A DNA stretch of 64,000 nt from Candidatus Bathyarchaeota archaeon (GTDB taxonomy: Archaea > Thermoproteota > Bathyarchaeia > Bathyarchaeales > Bathycorpusculaceae): positions 2,112,001-2,176,000 of the forward strand of contig OY969706.1 of the NCBI GenBank assembly GCA_963702095.1, in the 5' to 3' direction. Made by a program: the position numbers and the translations under genes. The notes beneath the pieces were generated by a model, which saw only the letters and a program-made list of their open reading frames with translations, was not told the DNA's origin and did not search any database. Positions within the stretch are counted from its first letter, which is position 1. Each line of letters starts with the position of its first letter. This document shows, piece by piece, positions 61,044 through 64,000 of the stretch.

Positions 61044-61534
61044 TGGTTTTGGGTTGTTAATGTGGTCTGTTTATAGGCCTTGTTTGTACCCCTATATGGG
61101 GCTGGTGGGTGGTTGGCTTGTGTTGGTTTTGTGCGGCGGGTAGGTAAGGCTTGTGTGGTTTTGGCGAGTCTAACTGCGGCTGAGGCGGATGGAGTGACGC
61201 TTAGGTTTTATGTTGCCCACTTGATTCCCTCGAAGAGGATACGGTTCACTGCATTAACCAATTAGAACAGAAAGAGTGCCCAAAGAGTTCTACCACCCAA
61301 ACTGAAATCCAACATAACAGCCTTAACTTGTTAACTGCCCAAGCAAACTGGCGGAAAAAGAACTGCTTTAAAACCGATTTCATTTTTGTTGTACCGCTAC
61401 AACCACTCACATATTTTAAGGCAGCCATCAACTAGAAATGTTGGAATCCCCCTCACCCTGCACCCAGAAAACGGCTTCTAAAGAAAAAATGCGGCTCGGC
61501 AGTTACACATGCTAGGATTCTGAATTGTTTTTAG

Positions 61535-63058
61535 GTGAAGACACTTTTGCGTAATTATCCTATCAAAAGCTTAACCATAACGCTAATTGGCTTCTTGATC
61601 GTTTGCTGCTTTGGCACAAGTTTCTGCGGTTCAACAGAAGAAAACGCCACCAGCGACTCCTCAGCCTTCTGGCTAAACCTAGCCAACAACGCATGGAACT
61701 ACTTCCAACCCGGAGCAGGCATAAACCCCACCACGGGACTACCCCAAAACGGCGTCGGAGCAACCTACTTCACCGACTGGGACACAGGACTCTACATCCA
61801 AGCAATAATAGACATGGAGCAACTGGGTCTGCTAAGTAGCGGTAGCATATGGGGTGCAGACGACCGAATCAATAGGGTGCTGACTTTTCTGGAAACCCGC
61901 CCGTTGATGGCTGACGGTTTACCCTACCTTGCATACAACTCTTCCACCGGCAAAGAAGCTGATAAAACGCAGCAGGTTGCCACAGACGAAGGAAACCTCT
62001 TTGTCGCCCTAAAAAACCTTGAAACCGCCAAACCAGCCCTAAAACCCCGAATCGACAACATTGTCTACAACCTAACCAACTACACCCGACGTGAAATCTC
62101 AATCGATATCGTACTTGGCCAACTGCAAAAAGGCACACGACCACTAAACAGTTACGACTTCTATGTAACTTACGGGTTTGCAGGATATTGGCCTCAAAGG
62201 TTTAGCGCTGAAGCAGACGCCATCCTCAACCTTACGGTTACTGCGCCCAAAATAAACTATCAGGGAATAGAATTGCCTGCTGTGAAAATAGTCTCAGAGC
62301 CGCTGTTGCTCTCAATCTTTAACCTTCCTCAAGTTGACTCGCGGGTTGTGGCTTTGATGAAGCAGGCGTATTTGGCTCAGGAGGCACGTTATAACTTGAC
62401 AGGTAAGTTTACTGCTTTCAGTGAAGGCCCAGCAAATGGCTTGTTTGTGTGGGAGTGTGTGGCAATGCCTGATGGTCGCATGTGGGTAGTGCAGACCGGC
62501 GACTGTAACGATGTAGATACAGATGTGGATGTGACGCCGGTTGTGTTTTTGAAGGCGGCACTTGGGTTTTTAGCTGTTTATAATACGCCGTACGCTCGGG
62601 AGATGGTTAGTTATTTGCTTGAGCGGCAGCCATCGATTTCATTGGGCTACTACACAGGGAGTAACGAGGACGGTAACGTCATCACTGGGTCGAGGGATGT
62701 GGGCAACGCTTTAATTATCAGCGCATCAAAATACGCCATCAACAACCAAGTCTATGTGCCATTATCCGTCTATCCCCCACCTACAGGTACCCCTTCAATG
62801 ATCCCTGCCAATCCAAACCCAACCATCAGCAGCGCCCAATCCACAAAGTCAAGTCCATCACCTTCCAATACACTTAACCCTTCCGCAACATCGGTCAATC
62901 CAACTCAGGTTTTGCCCACCAACAATCTAAACCAAACGCCTATCCCTGTGCATGCACAAAATGCACTTTATGTGGCTTCTGCCTCAGCAGTCATAGGGTT
63001 ACTGGTTATTGTTAGTGTTTGGTATTTGAGGAAGGTTAAGTTGTCTGTTTTTGTTTAG
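61535..63058 (+). CDS. Secreted, membrane-anchored DUF3131-like putative glycoside hydrolase with S/T/P linker
   Basis: AWNYF...NPTTGL...TDWDTG.Y, LPYLAYN, SEP..L, QEARY..TG..TAFSE; C-terminal TM. Confidence 0.65.
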   Translation: MKTLLRNYPIKSLTITLIGFLIVCCFGTSFCGSTEENATSDSSAFWLNLANNAWNYFQPGAGINPTTGLPQNGVGATYFTDWDTGLYIQAIIDMEQLGLLSSGSIWGADDRINRVLTFLETRPLMADGLPYLAYNSSTGKEADKTQQVATDEGNLFVALKNLETAKPALKPRIDNIVYNLTNYTRREISIDIVLGQLQKGTRPLNSYDFYVTYGFAGYWPQRFSAEADAILNLTVTAPKINYQGIELPAVKIVSEPLLLSIFNLPQVDSRVVALMKQAYLAQEARYNLTGKFTAFSEGPANGLFVWECVAMPDGRMWVVQTGDCNDVDTDVDVTPVVFLKAALGFLAVYNTPYAREMVSYLLERQPSISLGYYTGSNEDGNVITGSRDVGNALIISASKYAINNQVYVPLSVYPPPTGTPSMIPANPNPTISSAQSTKSSPSPSNTLNPSATSVNPTQVLPTNNLNQTPIPVHAQNALYVASASAVIGLLVIVSVWYLRKVKLSVFV

Positions 63059-63059
63059 T

Positions 63060-63215
63060 TTTTGTTTTGTGTGGTTGTGGGTGGTTTGTATACCACTACT
63101 TCTTGGGTTGCGGTTTGGTTTGCTTTTCTGTTTTAGCGCCTGTTTCTTTTAGTGTTGGGTTGTGGGTGGGGGTTGTTTTGCCACTTCTGTACATGGGTCT
63201 ATGTTGGTTTGGGTT
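63060..63215 (+). repeat. Family B element, diverged copy 3
   Basis: Collinear blocks TTTGGTTTGC, TTTTAG(G)CG.CTGTTTC, CCAC...TACATGG shared with 19585-19736. Confidence 0.65.
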
Positions 63216-63815
63216 GGTTGTGGAAGTGGATGCATGTTGAGTTAGTTTCTTGGAACCACTGCTAAGAAGGGTTCAGGCTCCATGGCTGCAGTCGCATAAA
63301 CCGCCAACGTCTCTTGTTTTAAAAATTTTATAATCGATTGGGCATTGATAGGCGCCGTCTTGCACCCAAAATATCGCGTTATAGAGTGCTAACAAGAAAG
63401 CCACATTAATCGCAAGGTTTTCTGTTTTTGTTTTCCATGAAAAAAGAGTTAAGAGCTTGTTGCGGGCTTTTGAGGGGTTATTGAGGACGTTGTTGCGGCT
63501 TTTTCCATGCTTTTGTATGGTATGCAGCAGTTCCAGAGCCACAGCAGGCTTTAATCTTGTTAGCTCAGGGCGTTTTTGAAGAGATAAAAGTATGCTGGCC
63601 GTAAAGAACTTGATGCTGCAAGGAAGATAGACCTAAAATAGGCTTAAGAGAAATTATCTCTCAAGAGCTGATTTGGGTACCTCAGGCCCAACATTAGTGA
63701 GGACCATTTTCTATTTGATCAAATTTTTTGTTCCTTTTCCACCATGCAATTTTAGAGTTATAGCGATAATATTTTTAGACATCTGCTCTATTTAGAACTA
63801 TAACAAGGGGTATAA

Positions 63816-64000
63816 TTGAGTAGTTTCGAGCATAATGCTGAAATCCTCTCCAGTTTCGGCATGACGGTGAAACAGGCCAAAGTTTACTTGGCACTGGTCT
63901 TTTTGGGAACGTCAGCTGTAGGTGAAATCGCCAAATTATCCAAGGTCCGTCGAGAAGAAGTTTATAGGATTCTCCCCAAGCTTGAAAAAATGGGGCTCAT
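63816..64000 (+). CDS. TrmB-family transcriptional regulator, 3'-truncated by the window
   Basis: LSSFGMTVKQAKVYLALV..GTSAVGEIAKLSKVRREEVYRILPKLEKMGL. Confidence 0.85.
   Translation, partial: MSSFEHNAEILSSFGMTVKQAKVYLALVFLGTSAVGEIAKLSKVRREEVYRILPKLEKMGL

Noticed and set aside
6050-63215. CRISPR array interpretation of the repeats
   Set aside because: The copies are dispersed and about 150 nt long, with no repeat-spacer periodicity and no cas genes.
63273-63542. 89-aa minus-strand ORF
   Set aside because: No recognisable family; could be a remnant but cannot be supported.
1-64000. tRNA/rRNA genes or an intact transposase
   Set aside because: No T-loop or cloverleaf, rRNA signature or transposase motif was recognised by eye; tRNAscan-SE and ISEScan would be decisive.

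Overview
Archaeal chromosomal window. TBP, Spt5, SecE, P0/L1/L11, Rpp21, Trm11, aKMT and a Cren7-like zinc ribbon together suggest Bathyarchaeia (TACK); this assignment is an inference. Housekeeping genes are mixed with HicAB/VapBC modules, a Ku-LigD(Lig+PE)-DUF72-HD-MBL putative NHEJ operon, methylglyoxal synthase plus a LarA-family racemase, and a ~20 kb glycan region (GT2/GT4, rmlACBD, flippase, a class I hyaluronan-synthase-like GT2 with ugd/galU/uxs, and a DUF3131-like protein). The most notable unannotated signals are: (1) two families of ~150-nt dispersed structured elements (6 and 3 copies) sitting mostly just after stop codons, with compensatory stem changes, including a perfect 152-bp inverted pair flanking a 2.8-kb block; (2) a window-wide A/C-rich to G/T-rich shift along coding strands; (3) several probably real genes missing from the ORF track (Cren7-like, CdrS-like RHH, SecE, HicA, VapC, TrmB, micro-ORFs). 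Six genes carry frameshifts of 1-2 bases, including ribosomal L1, so assembly indel errors are likely. No tRNA, rRNA or CRISPR array was seen. All family assignments come from motif recognition, not database searches.
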